DNA of 64,000 nt from Macrostomum lignano. Lineage: Eukaryota. Each line of letters starts with the position of its first letter. Within the stretch, counting starts at the first letter, position 1. The notes below the pieces were generated by a model, which worked only from the letters and a program-made list of their open reading frames with translations, searched no databases and was not told where the DNA came from. Location of the stretch: assembly GCA_002269645.1 (NCBI GenBank), contig NIVC01001793.1, positions 1 through 64,000 of the forward strand, read 5' to 3'. The translations under genes and the position numbers were made by a program. Below, piece after piece: positions 46,682 to 58,845 of this stretch.

Positions 46682-47309
46682 TCAAGCTCTCACCCCTGAG
46701 AGGGCTCTCACCCCTCTCCCCTCTCTTTAATCCGCTTGAGAACTGCAACGGAGGCCCTCGCGATTCCTAGGAGGCGCTGCAGCCTCATCAAGCGCAGGCC
46801 TGCAGCCGCCTTCGGATTGGCGCATTAATTATTAACTGTTTTTTTCTCTCCAGGAGCTGACAGTGGGGCTGCAGCGACTGAACAGTGGCTGCCACCGCCC
46901 ACTCTCAAGCGACGACAATTTTTGCGAGTAGCTATGGGGTGGGGACAGATGCAGCGTCCCCCAGCCTCCGCTCCTGGTCCCGCTGCTGCTGTTGAATAAT
47001 GCAGCATCGAGGGGGCCAAGCCAATCTTGGCTGCAGAGGGGGGGCTGAAAAATGCATGAGCTTATATAGCTCGTATGCGAATGAGGAGGCCCGGGTCGGT
47101 ATCTGTACTCGGGAATTAAATCAATTCTCTCTCTGTCTACGCCTCTTGTTTTTTTGCATCTTGCCCGAGCGTGTTCTAAAATTTCATCTTTCTCTACTTC
47201 TCAAATCTTTGACTTTTTCAAATTTTGGCTAATTGCTTCGCTATAATTGATTCTTACTGTAGGTTATTGGTCCTGAGTTCTAGCTCAATATTATTAAATT
47301 ATTGGTCTT

Positions 47310-47760
47310 AGTTCTTGGTTCTTTGCTCTTGGTTTTTAACTCTTGGTTCGTAGCTCTTGGTTCTTAGTTCTTGGTTCTTGGTTCTTAACTCTTGGTTTTT
47401 AACTCTTGGTTCTTAGCTCTTGGTTTTTAACTCTTGGTTCTTAGCTCTTGGTTCTTAGTTCTTGGTTTTTAACTCTTGGTTCTTAGCTCTTGGTTTTTTG
47501 TTCTTGGTTCTTAGCTCTTGGTTCTTAGCTCTTGGTTTTTAACTCTTGGTTCTTAGCTCTTGGTTCTTAGCTCTTAGTTTTTAGCTCTTGGTTTTTAACT
47601 CTTGGTTCTTAGCTCTTGGTTCTTAGTTCTTGGTTTTTAGCTCTTGGTTCTTAGCTCTTAGTTTTTAGCTCTTGGTTTTTAGCTCTTGGTTCTTAGCTCT
47701 TGGTTCTTAGCTCTTGGTTTTTAACTCTTGGTTCTTAACTCTTTGCTCTTAACTGTTTCT
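47310..47760. repeat. Minisatellite, 14-bp unit CTCTTGGTTCTTAG
   Basis: Tandem array 3' of POU4b. Confidence 0.9.
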
Positions 47761-48136
47761 GTTCTTACCTCTTGGCTCTCTAACTTACTGATTACTAACT
47801 CTTTGTTCGTGTTCAGTTGAGCTCATCTTTCACTCAAATACGCGATTCTGAACTGTCTGTATCGAACTGATTCGCCCTTTATCTGTAAAACTCAATCGCT
47901 CCCGATTCGCAAATCCTCAAACGTGACATTTTGCTTCAAGCGTGACTGTTCGCGTCAAAAATAGTTTTGCGCAACCTTCAGGCCATTGAATTGAAATCGA
48001 TTATACAGATTTATTTTATCCCCAAGTCCAGAAACGGGAGCAGGAGGGGCCTGATGTTGGGGGATATTGTGAATCCATCGTACGCTCGTATGAACAGCCA
48101 TAGTGTTTTTCAGTCGTTCTTATTCCACAGGTTTAT

Positions 48137-49216
48137 TCACATGTCCAGCGTCTGGCCGCTGTCCTCGTCGGTGCCAACTTCGAAGTCTTCGGCCTCGCCC
48201 GGCGGCAGCGGGAGACGACGGCAGGTTGGTGTCGGCGGCGCCTGGTCGGCCTGGCAGTTGCCGATCTTGATTCTCTTCTGCTTCTGGCGCTGGTTGCAGA
48301 ACCAGACTCTCACGACGCTCTTCTTTAGGCCGAGCTTCTGAGCAATGTCGCCGATCTTGTCCGAGGACGGCCGGGACTGCACGGCGAAATAGGCTTCGAG
48401 AGAGCGCCGCTCCGGCGTTGCTATGGAAGTCCGGCGCCGCTTGGCCTCGCGAAGGCCCGAGCACAGCCTGGACTGGTACTGCCGCTCCGCGTGCACCAGC
48501 CACTGCTCCAGGATCGGCCGCAGCGCCAGCATGTTGTTGTGGCTCAGGGTCAGCGACTCGAACCGGCAGATGGTCGACTGCGACAGCGAGCCCATGCCGG
48601 CCACGTTCAGCTGGGCGATGTCGCGGCCAACGTCGGCCTGGGTGAAACCGAGCTTCACTCGGCGCTGCTTGAACGCCTCGGCGAACTGCTCCAGATCGCG
48701 GATGGTCTCCTGGCTCAGCGTCTGGCTGATGGCTCTGGCCTCCTCCAGCCACTGGATCCCGCTTGGTGAGGAGCCGCCGCCGTGCATCGGCGAGGACTGG
48801 TGCACCTGCTGCTGCTGCTGCTGTTGGGCCAGATGAGGCGGAGGCTGAGTTGGTGCCTCAGCGGCAGTCGAGTAGCAGTGGAATCCGAAGACTGCGGCCG
48901 CAGCGGCTTGCTGGCCGAAGTCGAGGCTGTTGCCGGTGTACCAGCAGCTGGGCTGGCTCTGATGGTGATGCTGCTGCGTCTGCTGAGGCTGATGATGCTG
49001 GTGCTGATGGTGCTGAAGATGGTGATGATGCTCCTGGTGGTGACTCGAGTAGCCGTGATGAAGGCTGTGCTGCTGATGCTGCTGATGCTGCAGGTTCCAA
49101 GCTGCTGCGGCGGCTGTCGCGGCCGCGGCCGTGAGGCCGAAATGCTGCTGCAGATTGTCTGCAGGTGGATGTTCCTGTCTGACAGCTGGACAGGCTCCAC
49201 CGTTGGTGGTTGCCAT
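48137..49216 (-). CDS. POU4: Divergent class IV POU homeodomain paralogue, single coding exon, 359 aa
   Basis: RDLEQFAEAFKQRRVKLGFTQADVG...STICRFESLTLSHNNMLALRP and VRVWFCNQRQKQKR. An in-frame TAA lies upstream of the ATG. A 5'UTR intron is predicted at 50210-49259 (GTAAGT donor, CAG acceptor). Confidence 0.92.
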   Translation of the reverse strand: MATTNGGACPAVRQEHPPADNLQQHFGLTAAAATAAAAAWNLQHQQHQQHSLHHGYSSHHQEHHHHLQHHQHQHHQPQQTQQHHHQSQPSCWYTGNSLDFGQQAAAAAVFGFHCYSTAAEAPTQPPPHLAQQQQQQQVHQSSPMHGGGSSPSGIQWLEEARAISQTLSQETIRDLEQFAEAFKQRRVKLGFTQADVGRDIAQLNVAGMGSLSQSTICRFESLTLSHNNMLALRPILEQWLVHAERQYQSRLCSGLREAKRRRTSIATPERRSLEAYFAVQSRPSSDKIGDIAQKLGLKKSVVRVWFCNQRQKQKRIKIGNCQADQAPPTPTCRRLPLPPGEAEDFEVGTDEDSGQTLDM

Positions 49217-49359
49217 GGTGACTAGATGAGGCGACGCGTAGGATGCTTAGCTGCGATCCTGGGATAAATTAATGAAGTAGCTCGTATTATAATATGACGT
49301 ATGATATTGTGAAAAGTTATTTGAAAATTTCATACTTAAATTTAGTAATGCCATAGACT

Positions 49360-50190
49360 ACTAGAATAAAACCAATGCCATAGAATACAGACTCAAATCA
49401 ATGCCATAGACTATAGAATCAAGTCAATGCCATAGAGTATAGAATCAAGTCAATGCCATAGACTATAGAATAAAATTAATTCCATAGACTATAGAATAAA
49501 ATTAATTCCATAGACTACATAATCAAATCAATACCATAGACTATAGAATCAAGTCAATGTCATAGACTACAGAATAAACTTAATTCCATAGACTACAGAA
49601 TCAAATCAATGCCATAGACTACAGAATCAAATCAATGCCATAGACTATAGAATCAAATCAATGCCATAGACTATAGAATCAAATCAATGCCATAGACTAT
49701 AGAATCAAATCAATGCCATAGACTACAAAATCAAATCAATGCCATAGACTACAAAATCAAATCAATGCCATAGACTACAAAATCAAATCAATGCCATAGA
49801 CTATAGAATCAAATCAATGCCATAGACTACAGAATCAAATCAATGCCATAGACTACAGAATCAAATCAATGCCATAGACTACAAAATCAAATCAATGCCA
49901 TAGACTACAAAATCAAATCAATGCCATAGACTATAGAATCAAATCAATGCCATAGACTACAGAATCAAATCAATGCCATAGACTACAGAATCAAATCAAT
50001 GCCATAGACTACAGAATCAAATCAATGCCATAGACTATAGAATCAAATCAATGCCATAGACTACAGAATCAAATCAATGCCATAGACTACAGAATCAAAT
50101 CAATGCCATTGACTACAGAATCAAATCAATGCCATAGACTACAGAATCAAATCAATGCCATTGACTACAGAATCAAATCAATGTCATAGA
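49360..50190. repeat. Minisatellite, 26-bp unit AATCAAATCAATGCCATAGACTACAG
   Basis: Fills the predicted POU4b 5'UTR intron. Confidence 0.95.
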
Positions 50191-51544
50191 CTAGACTCAA
50201 ACTGACTTACCTCCTGCTGATTATCAATTCAGCTATAAACTGTTTTCGAATCGTGCGTTTTTAAATCCTAATAAGGGAAGGCGTTAATTGGAAAATAGGT
50301 TCGTCAGCTCAACAGGTTAACAGAGCAGGTATCGGATGCCTGTCGTGACTTGTCTCTAAATTTACCAGGCCTAAATACTCAGAGGAATGCCCTGAAGCTA
50401 ATCCTCTTCTGCTGGGAGAAAGACAGAAGAGACAGAGAAGGCAACAACAAAAAGCGGCTTTGATGATAGAGGCAGACTCAAGCCGGAGCTAAAACAGAAA
50501 AATGGAAGAAATAGAAAGACAGGTGAGTTTAGGTGAGAAGTGTGCGTGTGTATGTGAGTGTGTGTGACGCTTTGGGCAAAAAGTGGAGTAGAACAAGAGG
50601 GGAACAACCGGAGTCACCTAGGGCAGAGTCACTCCCTTCTAAATATTAAGAGCAGTGTCTGGTACCTGTTGCTGAATGCATTTCTCCAAGCCAACCTAAG
50701 CCCCCACCCCTGACTTGGCCAGAGATGCCTTCAGATGGGCGGCTGCCTTCGTCCATCCAGCAGCTATAAGTCCCAGAAGCCACTCGAGAATTAGCCGCGG
50801 CGGGACACAGCGGGGGGTCCCTGGCGAGATGAGGAGAGAAATAATAATACGCGAGCTGCCTCGCATGCCACCGCACAGACGGCACCTTTTCCCACCGCTT
50901 GTGCTCAGCTGCATAGAGCACGGAGCAGCACAAAACGGCTTTAAGAGTTTTTCCCAGCCCCAGGGCGCAACAACTCGCAGTGTCCCGCCCTTGTCTTTTG
51001 GCTCTTTTACTGTGTGCTGCTGCTGCTGCTGCTGGCAGAGTCAATTGTGATGGAGAGTCCCCCCTCAAGAGCGGCTTGGCTCCTCAAACTCCCCACCATC
51101 GTCTCTTCTATTACCCCCACCCCCAACCACTCCGCTTAGGGGCCTCCGCCACCCCGCAGTTTCCAGACTGCAGCAGCAGCAGCAGCAGCAGCAGAAGCCA
51201 ACAGCGCGGGAGGCAGCAACACTTTATTGTGCGTCTTCCACAATTCTCTTAGTAAGCAGCGCTTTATTTTACTGCGCGCCCCACTGCCCGGTGTAGAAAT
51301 CCGTCCGCTGGCTTTTGAGTAGGGCTGGAGGCTGGAGAAGCCAGGCCGGGGCCCTCCTGCTGGCCCGCAGGGGTGAAGAGGCTGCTGCGCTGCGTGGCGC
51401 CAGCAGGTCTGGGAACTGGGCTGAGCAGCTCCCTAGGTGAGGGAAGGAGCTGGGAGTTGCGCTGGACTCAGTGCACCTGTGCTGTGGCTTGCTACACCTG
51501 TGGCTGATCCGTAGTGTGATAGAGTCCCGATCCTATTGCTGAAG

Positions 51545-51900
51545 CTGATTATTAATGTTTTGAGGGCCGATTATCAAATGTCTTGAAAGCTGATTATCAA
51601 TTGTTTTGAAGGCCGATTATCAAATGTTTTAAAATCTGATTATCAATAGTTTTGAAGGCCGATTATCAAATGTTTTAAAAGCTGATTATCAATAGTTTTG
51701 AAGGCCGATTATCAAATGTCTTGAAAGCTGATATTATCAAATGTTTTGAATGCTGATTACTACGAGCGTAATTGTTTTGAAGCCGATTATCAAATATTTT
51801 GTGGACCGATTATCACCTTTTTGAAGGCCGATTATCAAATGTTTTGAAGGCCGATTATCAATTTTTTGAAGTCATTTTGCGGACTGAATATCAAACGTTG
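51545..51900. repeat. Degenerate minisatellite, ~23-bp unit GAAGGCCGATTATCAAATGTTTT
   Basis: Tandem array. Confidence 0.85.
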
Positions 51901-52809
51901 TAAAGGCCGATGATCTCTACATGCATAATAGGCATACCCCGCGTAGATACAGTAAAGGCATAGCTACAGATCCATTCCGGCTGTGTTTTATTACGCGCAG
52001 TCTGGAGAGTTCAAGAGTCATATTCAGTCATGAAATTCCGGGCCTAAAATTCATGTATATGCAGTCTTCTGTATTCTATGTGGCACAAGAGGAGCCCCGA
52101 CAGATGCTGCTGTCTGTCCCCCACCATCATTCTTGCTCATTCTCTCTCTCTCATTTCTCTCATCGCGACAGCCGCTGTTTCACGGCGTTTGGAAGCTGGC
52201 AAAAATCTATAATATAGAGAGGAGAGAACCGAGGAGTCAGCGAGGAAGATCCATCTCCATTATGAAACTCCCATCCGAGCCGCTGCTGCCGCTGCCAACA
52301 CACCCGGACATCCCCCTGGGAGGCGTAAGCTGTTGCCTTGCCAGCAGCGACTTATTAAGTTAATAAATTAGCGCTCAGTCCCGGGAGGCCGCGCTCAGAA
52401 CAGAAAGAGAGAGAGGCGGAGAAGGGATCAGAAAAGGCCGGGGTAGTCCCATCCTTGGCAACTCACGGTAGATGGAAAATCTACATGAAGTCAATGATAT
52501 ACCCGTTCAATGCTTACTAATCTGCCTGTTGGAAACTAGGGGGGGGGGGGGTTAGGAACAGACAGCGGATTTCCGGTAGTGGACCGGCAGGGAATCGATC
52601 AGCAGCATGTCACCACCTCAACCTCCCGGAGGGCGAATCCAAGCGGGAGAATTGAGGCTGACACTGATTTCGGTACTGCTAAAAAACACTTTGAGAAGAT
52701 GAAAAATACATTGCTGACACAACTTGGCTGAGAAACTTTGATAGGAACGGGAGCAATGAAGATTAGGGGAGTATTAGCGGAAATATTGATATATGATACA
52801 GACAGAAGC

Positions 52810-53712
52810 ACCGAGACAGGAATGAACAGGCAGGAATGAAGAGACAGGAATGAACAGGCAGGAATGACGAGACAGAAATAAACATGCAGGAATAAAGAGA
52901 CAGGAATGAACAGGCAGGAATGAGCAGGCAGAAATGAACAGGCAGGAATAAGAGACAGGAATGAACAGACAGGAATGAACAGGCAGGAATGAACAGACAG
53001 GAATAAAGAGACAGGAATGAACAGACAGGAATGAACAGGCAGGAATGAACAGACAGGAATAAGAGACAGGAATGAACAGACAGGAATAAAGAGACAGGAA
53101 TGAACAGGCAGGAATGAACAGGCAGGAATGAACAGGCAGGAATGAACAGGCAGGAATAAGAGACAGGAATGAACAGACAGGAATGAACAGACAGGAATGA
53201 ACAGACAGGAATGAACAGACAGGAATGAACAGACAGGAATAAAGAGACAGGAATGAACAGGCAGGAATAAGCGACAGGAATGAACAGACAGGAATGAACA
53301 GGCAGGAATGAACAGGCAGGAATGAACAGGCAGGAATGAACAGGCAGGAATGAACAGGCAGGAATAAGAGACAGGAATGAACAGACAGGAATGAACAGGC
53401 AGGAATGAACAGGCAGGAATGAACAGACAGGAATGAACAGACAGGAATGAACAGGCAGGAATGAACAGGCAGGAATGAACAGGCAGGAATAAGAGACAGG
53501 AATGAACAGACAGGAATGAACAGGCAGGAATGAACAGGCAGGAATAAGAGACAGGAATGAACAGGCAGGAATAAGAGACAGGAATGAACAGGCAGGAATA
53601 AGAGACAGGAATGAACAGGCAGGAATGAACAGACAGGAATGAACAGGCAGGAATGAACAGGCAGGAATGAACAGGCAGGAATGAACAGGCAGGAATGAAC
53701 AGGCAGGAATGA
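52810..53712. repeat. Minisatellite, 14-bp unit CAGGAATGAACAGG/A
   Basis: Tandem array; source of the spurious 366-aa ORF. Confidence 0.95.
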
Positions 53713-54544
53713 AGAGAGTCAGAGAGAGACTAGAGGCAGACAGAGAGAAACTAAAATAGAAGTTCAGCAACGAGAATTGCGCTCGAGTTAACGGACTCGC
53801 AGCACCTGAGTTATTTGCAGCACCTGACAGTTTTATTTGAGGCCCGCAATATGGTCTCTTCAACTCCCGTGGAACCAGTTAAAAGACCCCGAGTTTTGCA
53901 TCAACCGCCTGAAGTCAATGAGGGATCAAAAAAATGAAATTCAGAACAGAACTCACCGCAGAGGTTCGGCCGGAGCCAGAGACGAGCAAGTTAAAGGCAC
54001 ATAGCAGAGAATTAAAGTTGAGTTTGCCTGCTCTACAACCCTCTCCCCAACTTTAAAAAAAGAAGCAAACGTGCAGTCCTGGCTGGTAGGTAAAAAACCT
54101 GCAGCAAATTGATGATTGCAGGCGCTAAAAAGTCGCGGCTGCCGCCCCTAGGAGGGAACTGTTGCAGTCGGGATCGGGGGGGGGGCAGTGCAGGCATCGT
54201 TCATATGGGGGGTGGCAAACTGAGACCAGCATGATGTCTGCAGCAGCAGCCTAAAGGGATAATAATGAGGACACCATAATGAGGGCATCGTGAATATGGG
54301 AGGGCTTCAACTTGATAGAGCAGCAAGTCAGGAGAGGGCGCAGGCCTGCGACCCTGAGACCGAAAAAATAAACTTGTGAAGTAGAATGCTTTATTCTCTG
54401 CTAGACAATCCCCTCACAGAGTCTGTGTTCAGTGCTGAGACTGGTGGAGTCCGGCGTTGAGATGGAGTGGAATAAAACAAAATGAGAAACTTTAAAATGA
54501 GATGAAGTGAATCAAGTTGATAGAGAAACAGACAAAAACTAAGA

Positions 54545-56095
54545 TGGAGAGACACAAACTGAGGTTGAGAGACACAAACTGAGGTTGAGAAACACGAACT
54601 GAGGTGGAGAGACACAAACTGAGGTTGAGAGACACAAACTGAGGTTGAGAGACACAAATTGAGGTTGAGAGACACAAACTGAGGTTGAGAGACACAAACT
54701 GAGGTTGAGAGACACAAACTGAGGTTGAGAAACACGAACTGAGGTGGAGAGACACAAAATGAGGTTGAGAGACACAAATTGAGGTTGAGAGACACAAACT
54801 GAGGTTGAGAAACACGAACTGAGGTGGAGAGACACAAAATGAGGTTGAGAGACACAAACTGAGGTTGAGAGACACAAAATGAGGTTGAGAGACACAAACT
54901 GAGGTTGAGAAACACGAACTGAGGTGGAGAGACACAAAATGAGGTTGAGAGACACAAATTGAGGTTGAGAGACACAAACTGAGGTTGAGAAACACGAACT
55001 GAGGTGGAGAGACACAAAATGAGGTTGAGAGACACAAACTGAGGTTGAGAGACACAAAATGAGGTTGAGAGACACAAACTTAGGTTGAGAGACACAAATT
55101 GAGGTTTGAGAGACACAAACTGAGGTTGAGAGACACAAACTGAGGTTGAGAGACACAAACTGAGGTTGAGAAACACGAACTGAGGTGGAGAGACACAAAA
55201 TGAGGTGGAGAGATACAAACTGAGGTTAAGAGACACAAACTGAGGTTGAGAGACACAAACTGAGGTGGAGAGACACAAACTGAGGTTGAGAGACACAAAC
55301 TGAGGTTGAGAAACACGAACTGAGGTGGAGAGACACAAACTGAGGTTGAGAGACACAAATTGAGGTTGAGAGACACAAACTGAGGTTGAGAGACACAAAC
55401 TGAGGTTGAGAGACACAAACTGAGGTTGAGAAACACGAACTGAGGTGGAGAGACACAAAATGAGGTTGAGAGACACAAATTGAGGTTGAGAGACACAAAC
55501 TGAGGTTGAGAAACACGAACTGAGGTGGAGAGACACAAAATGAGGTTGAGAGACACAAACTGAGGTTGAGAGACACAAAATGAGGTTGAGAGACACAAAC
55601 TGAGGTTGAGAGACACAAACTGAGGTGGAGAGACACAAACTGAGGTTGAGAGACACAAATTGAGGTTGAGAGACACAAACTGAGGTTGAGAAACACGAAC
55701 TGAGGTGGAGAGACACAAAATGAGGTTGAGAGACACAAACTGAGGTTGAGAGACACAAACTGAGGTTGAGAGACACAAATTGAGGTTGAGAGACACAAAC
55801 TGAGGTTGAGAGACACAAACTGAGGTTGAGAGACACAAACTGAGGTTGAGAAACACGAACTGAGGTGGAGAGACACAAAATGAGGTGGAGAGATACAAAC
55901 TGAGGTGGAGAGACACAAATTGAGTTTGAGGGCACAAACTGAGGCTGAGAGACACAAACTGAGGTGGAGAGACACAAATTGAGGTTGAGAGGCACAAACT
56001 GAGGTTGAGAGACACAAACTGAGGTGGAGAGACACAAATTGAGGTGGAGAGACACAAATTGAGGTTGAGAGACACGAACTGAGGTTGAGAGACAC
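54545..56095. repeat. Minisatellite, 20-bp unit GAGACACAAACTGAGGTTGA (~75 copies)
   Basis: Tandem array; source of the spurious 644-aa ORF. Confidence 0.95.
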
Positions 56096-56774
56096 ACAGA
56101 TACACTGAGGTGCAGACCCGAGCATCGAGTGGGTGGCATATGAAAATCCAATAACTTGAAAGCCAATGGGTCAACTCCGCTCTGGAAGCGCACTGCTGCA
56201 CCCAGGGCCTCGGGACTGGCAGAAGCAGAAGCTGGCGAGATGAAAAGATTCGGGAGCGAGAGCAGATGGACAGATGGCGGGCGAGGGGGTGCAGACAGTC
56301 CATTAACTTCTACATTTGACCACATACACCCGCGCGATCGAAAACCAAAGCGACTCCGGGGAACAAAATTTGTTGCGAGTGGATGGCGGAAGCTCGCGGA
56401 TCTCCGAGCCTCCGAGTCCAGTTGTTGCTAGGGCATTCCCAAGCCGGGCCCATGCAAGAGGAGGAGATGAAAGGATAATGGAGATCTGCAGCTCCAGTCG
56501 AGCACAGTCGCACACGCGAGTTAAAAAGTCAAGAGAGCTGGAATAGCGACCATCCCAGAGGAGTGGGCGGGGTTGGGGTGGGGTGGAACTCTGAAAGCGA
56601 TCCCTGGTAATTACATACAGCAAAGATTGACGAACCACTCGGCTCGAGACTCTCCGCCTCGGTGACAACCTCAACAGAGACAGAGATCGATAGGCATGCT
56701 TGGAATTAGCGGTACGCGATAGCACTTGACAGACTACTTAGCAGTAGGAATACAAAATCACCAGTCTAACTCCG

Positions 56775-58315
56775 GTGATAAACACAAAGCTTCACAAGCT
56801 CTAACATCATAAACAATAAGCTTCACAAACCCTAACATCATAAACACGAAGCTTCACAACCCATAAACATCATAAACACGAAGCTTCACAACCCATAAAC
56901 ATCATAAACACGAAGCTTCACAAACCCTAACATCATAAACACGAAGCTTCACAACCCATAAACATCATAAACACGAAGCTTCACAACCCATTGCATCATA
57001 AACACGAAGCTTCACAAACCCTAAACATCATAAACACAAAGCTTCACAAACCCTAAACATCATAAACACAAAGCTTCACAAACCCTAAACATCATAAACA
57101 CAAAGCTTCACAACCCCTAAACATAATAAACAATAAGCTTCACAAACCCTAACATCATAAACACAAAGCTTCACAAACCCTAAACATCATAAACACAAAG
57201 CTTCACAAACCCTAAACATCATAAACACCAAGCTTCACAACCCCTAAACATCATAAACACAGAGCTGCACAAACCCTAAACATCATAAACACGAAGCTTC
57301 ACAACCCCTAAACATCATAAACACCAAGCTTCACAACCCCTAAACATCATAAACACAGAGCTGCACAAACCCTAAACATCATAAACACGAAGCTGCACAA
57401 ACCCTAAACATCATAAACACCAAGCTTCACAACCCATAAACATCATAAACACGAAGCTTCACAACCCATAAACATCATAAACACCAAGCTTCACAAACCC
57501 TAAACATCATAAACACCAAGCTTCACAACCCCTAAACATCATAAACACGAAGCTTCACAAACCCTAAACATCATAAATACGAAGCTTCACAAACCCTAAA
57601 CATCATAAACACCAAGCTTCACAACCCATAAACATCATAAACACGAAGCTTCACAAACCCTAAACATCATAAACACGAAGCTTCACAAACCCTAAACATC
57701 ATAAACACCAAGCTTCACAACCCCTAAACATCATAAACACGAAGCTTCACAAACCCTAAACATCATAAATACGAAGCTTCACAAACCCTAAACATCATAA
57801 ACACCAAGCTTCACAACCCATAAACATCATAAACACGAAGCTTCACAAACCCTAAACATCATAAACACGAAGCTTCACAACCCCTAAACAACATAAACAC
57901 AAAGCTTCACAAACCCTAAACATCATAAACACCAAGCTTCACAAACCCTAAACATCATAAACACCAAGCTTCACAACCCTAAACATCATAAACACGAAGC
58001 TTCACAAACCCTAAACATCATAAACACGAAGCTTCACAACCCCTAAACAACATAAACACAAAGCTTCACAAACCCTAAACATCATAAACACAAAGCTTCA
58101 CAAACCCTAAACATCATAAACACAAAGCTTCACAAACCCTAAACATCATAAACACAAAGCTTCACAAACCCTAAACATTATAGCTCGTAAACACTATGCT
58201 TTACAACCCCTTAAACACAATAAAAAAAAGCTCACAAACTCTGAACATCATAAACACTAAGGCTCACAAACTGAACATCATAAACACTAAGGCTCACAAA
58301 CTGAACATCATGAAC
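56775..58315. repeat. Minisatellite, 32-bp unit CAAACCCTAAACATCATAAACACGAAGCTTCA
   Basis: Tandem array 3' of BARD1. Confidence 0.95.
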
Positions 58316-58845
58316 AAAGCTGTGAACGGTTTTTTTCGGAATTTATACGCGTCAGTGCCTACTGAAAGTAACAATTCAGGAATAAAGAATCCAAATTTTA
58401 CGAATAAAATCGCATGAAAATGATAAAAAATTGCGGGAATTACATTTCGTATTGCCCTACTGACAGTAGAAGCACTGAGCGGCGGTGTATTTTTTTGCAA
58501 TTAATAAAAATTCAGTTAGAAAAATGATTGAATGCAATTAGTTTGACTGCCAATTAAGACAATAGAAAATAGCAGAGCAGACAAAGTCAATGCCAATTCT
58601 GGCCTAGGGAACAAAGAGACTAAGAATATAAAAACAACAACCAAAAAATGCTAAGCTTTCTTACAGAATCGGAGCGCGTGAATAATAAGCTAGTATAAAA
58701 ATAAATATTTCAGCTGACGACATGCAGATACTTTAAGCTACGAATATTAGTACTTGCAGTAGACAGGTTAGAAATGAATAATAGAAGTATCCACAGGTAC
58801 TAACATATATTAGACCAGGTAATTATTATGATGATTTATAGCCAA

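Noticed and set aside
54391-56325. 644-aa ORF and overlapping 187-407 aa ORFs
   Set aside because: These are translations of a 20-bp tandem repeat with no stops on the minus strand. There is no domain, and all three frames give the same periodic peptide.
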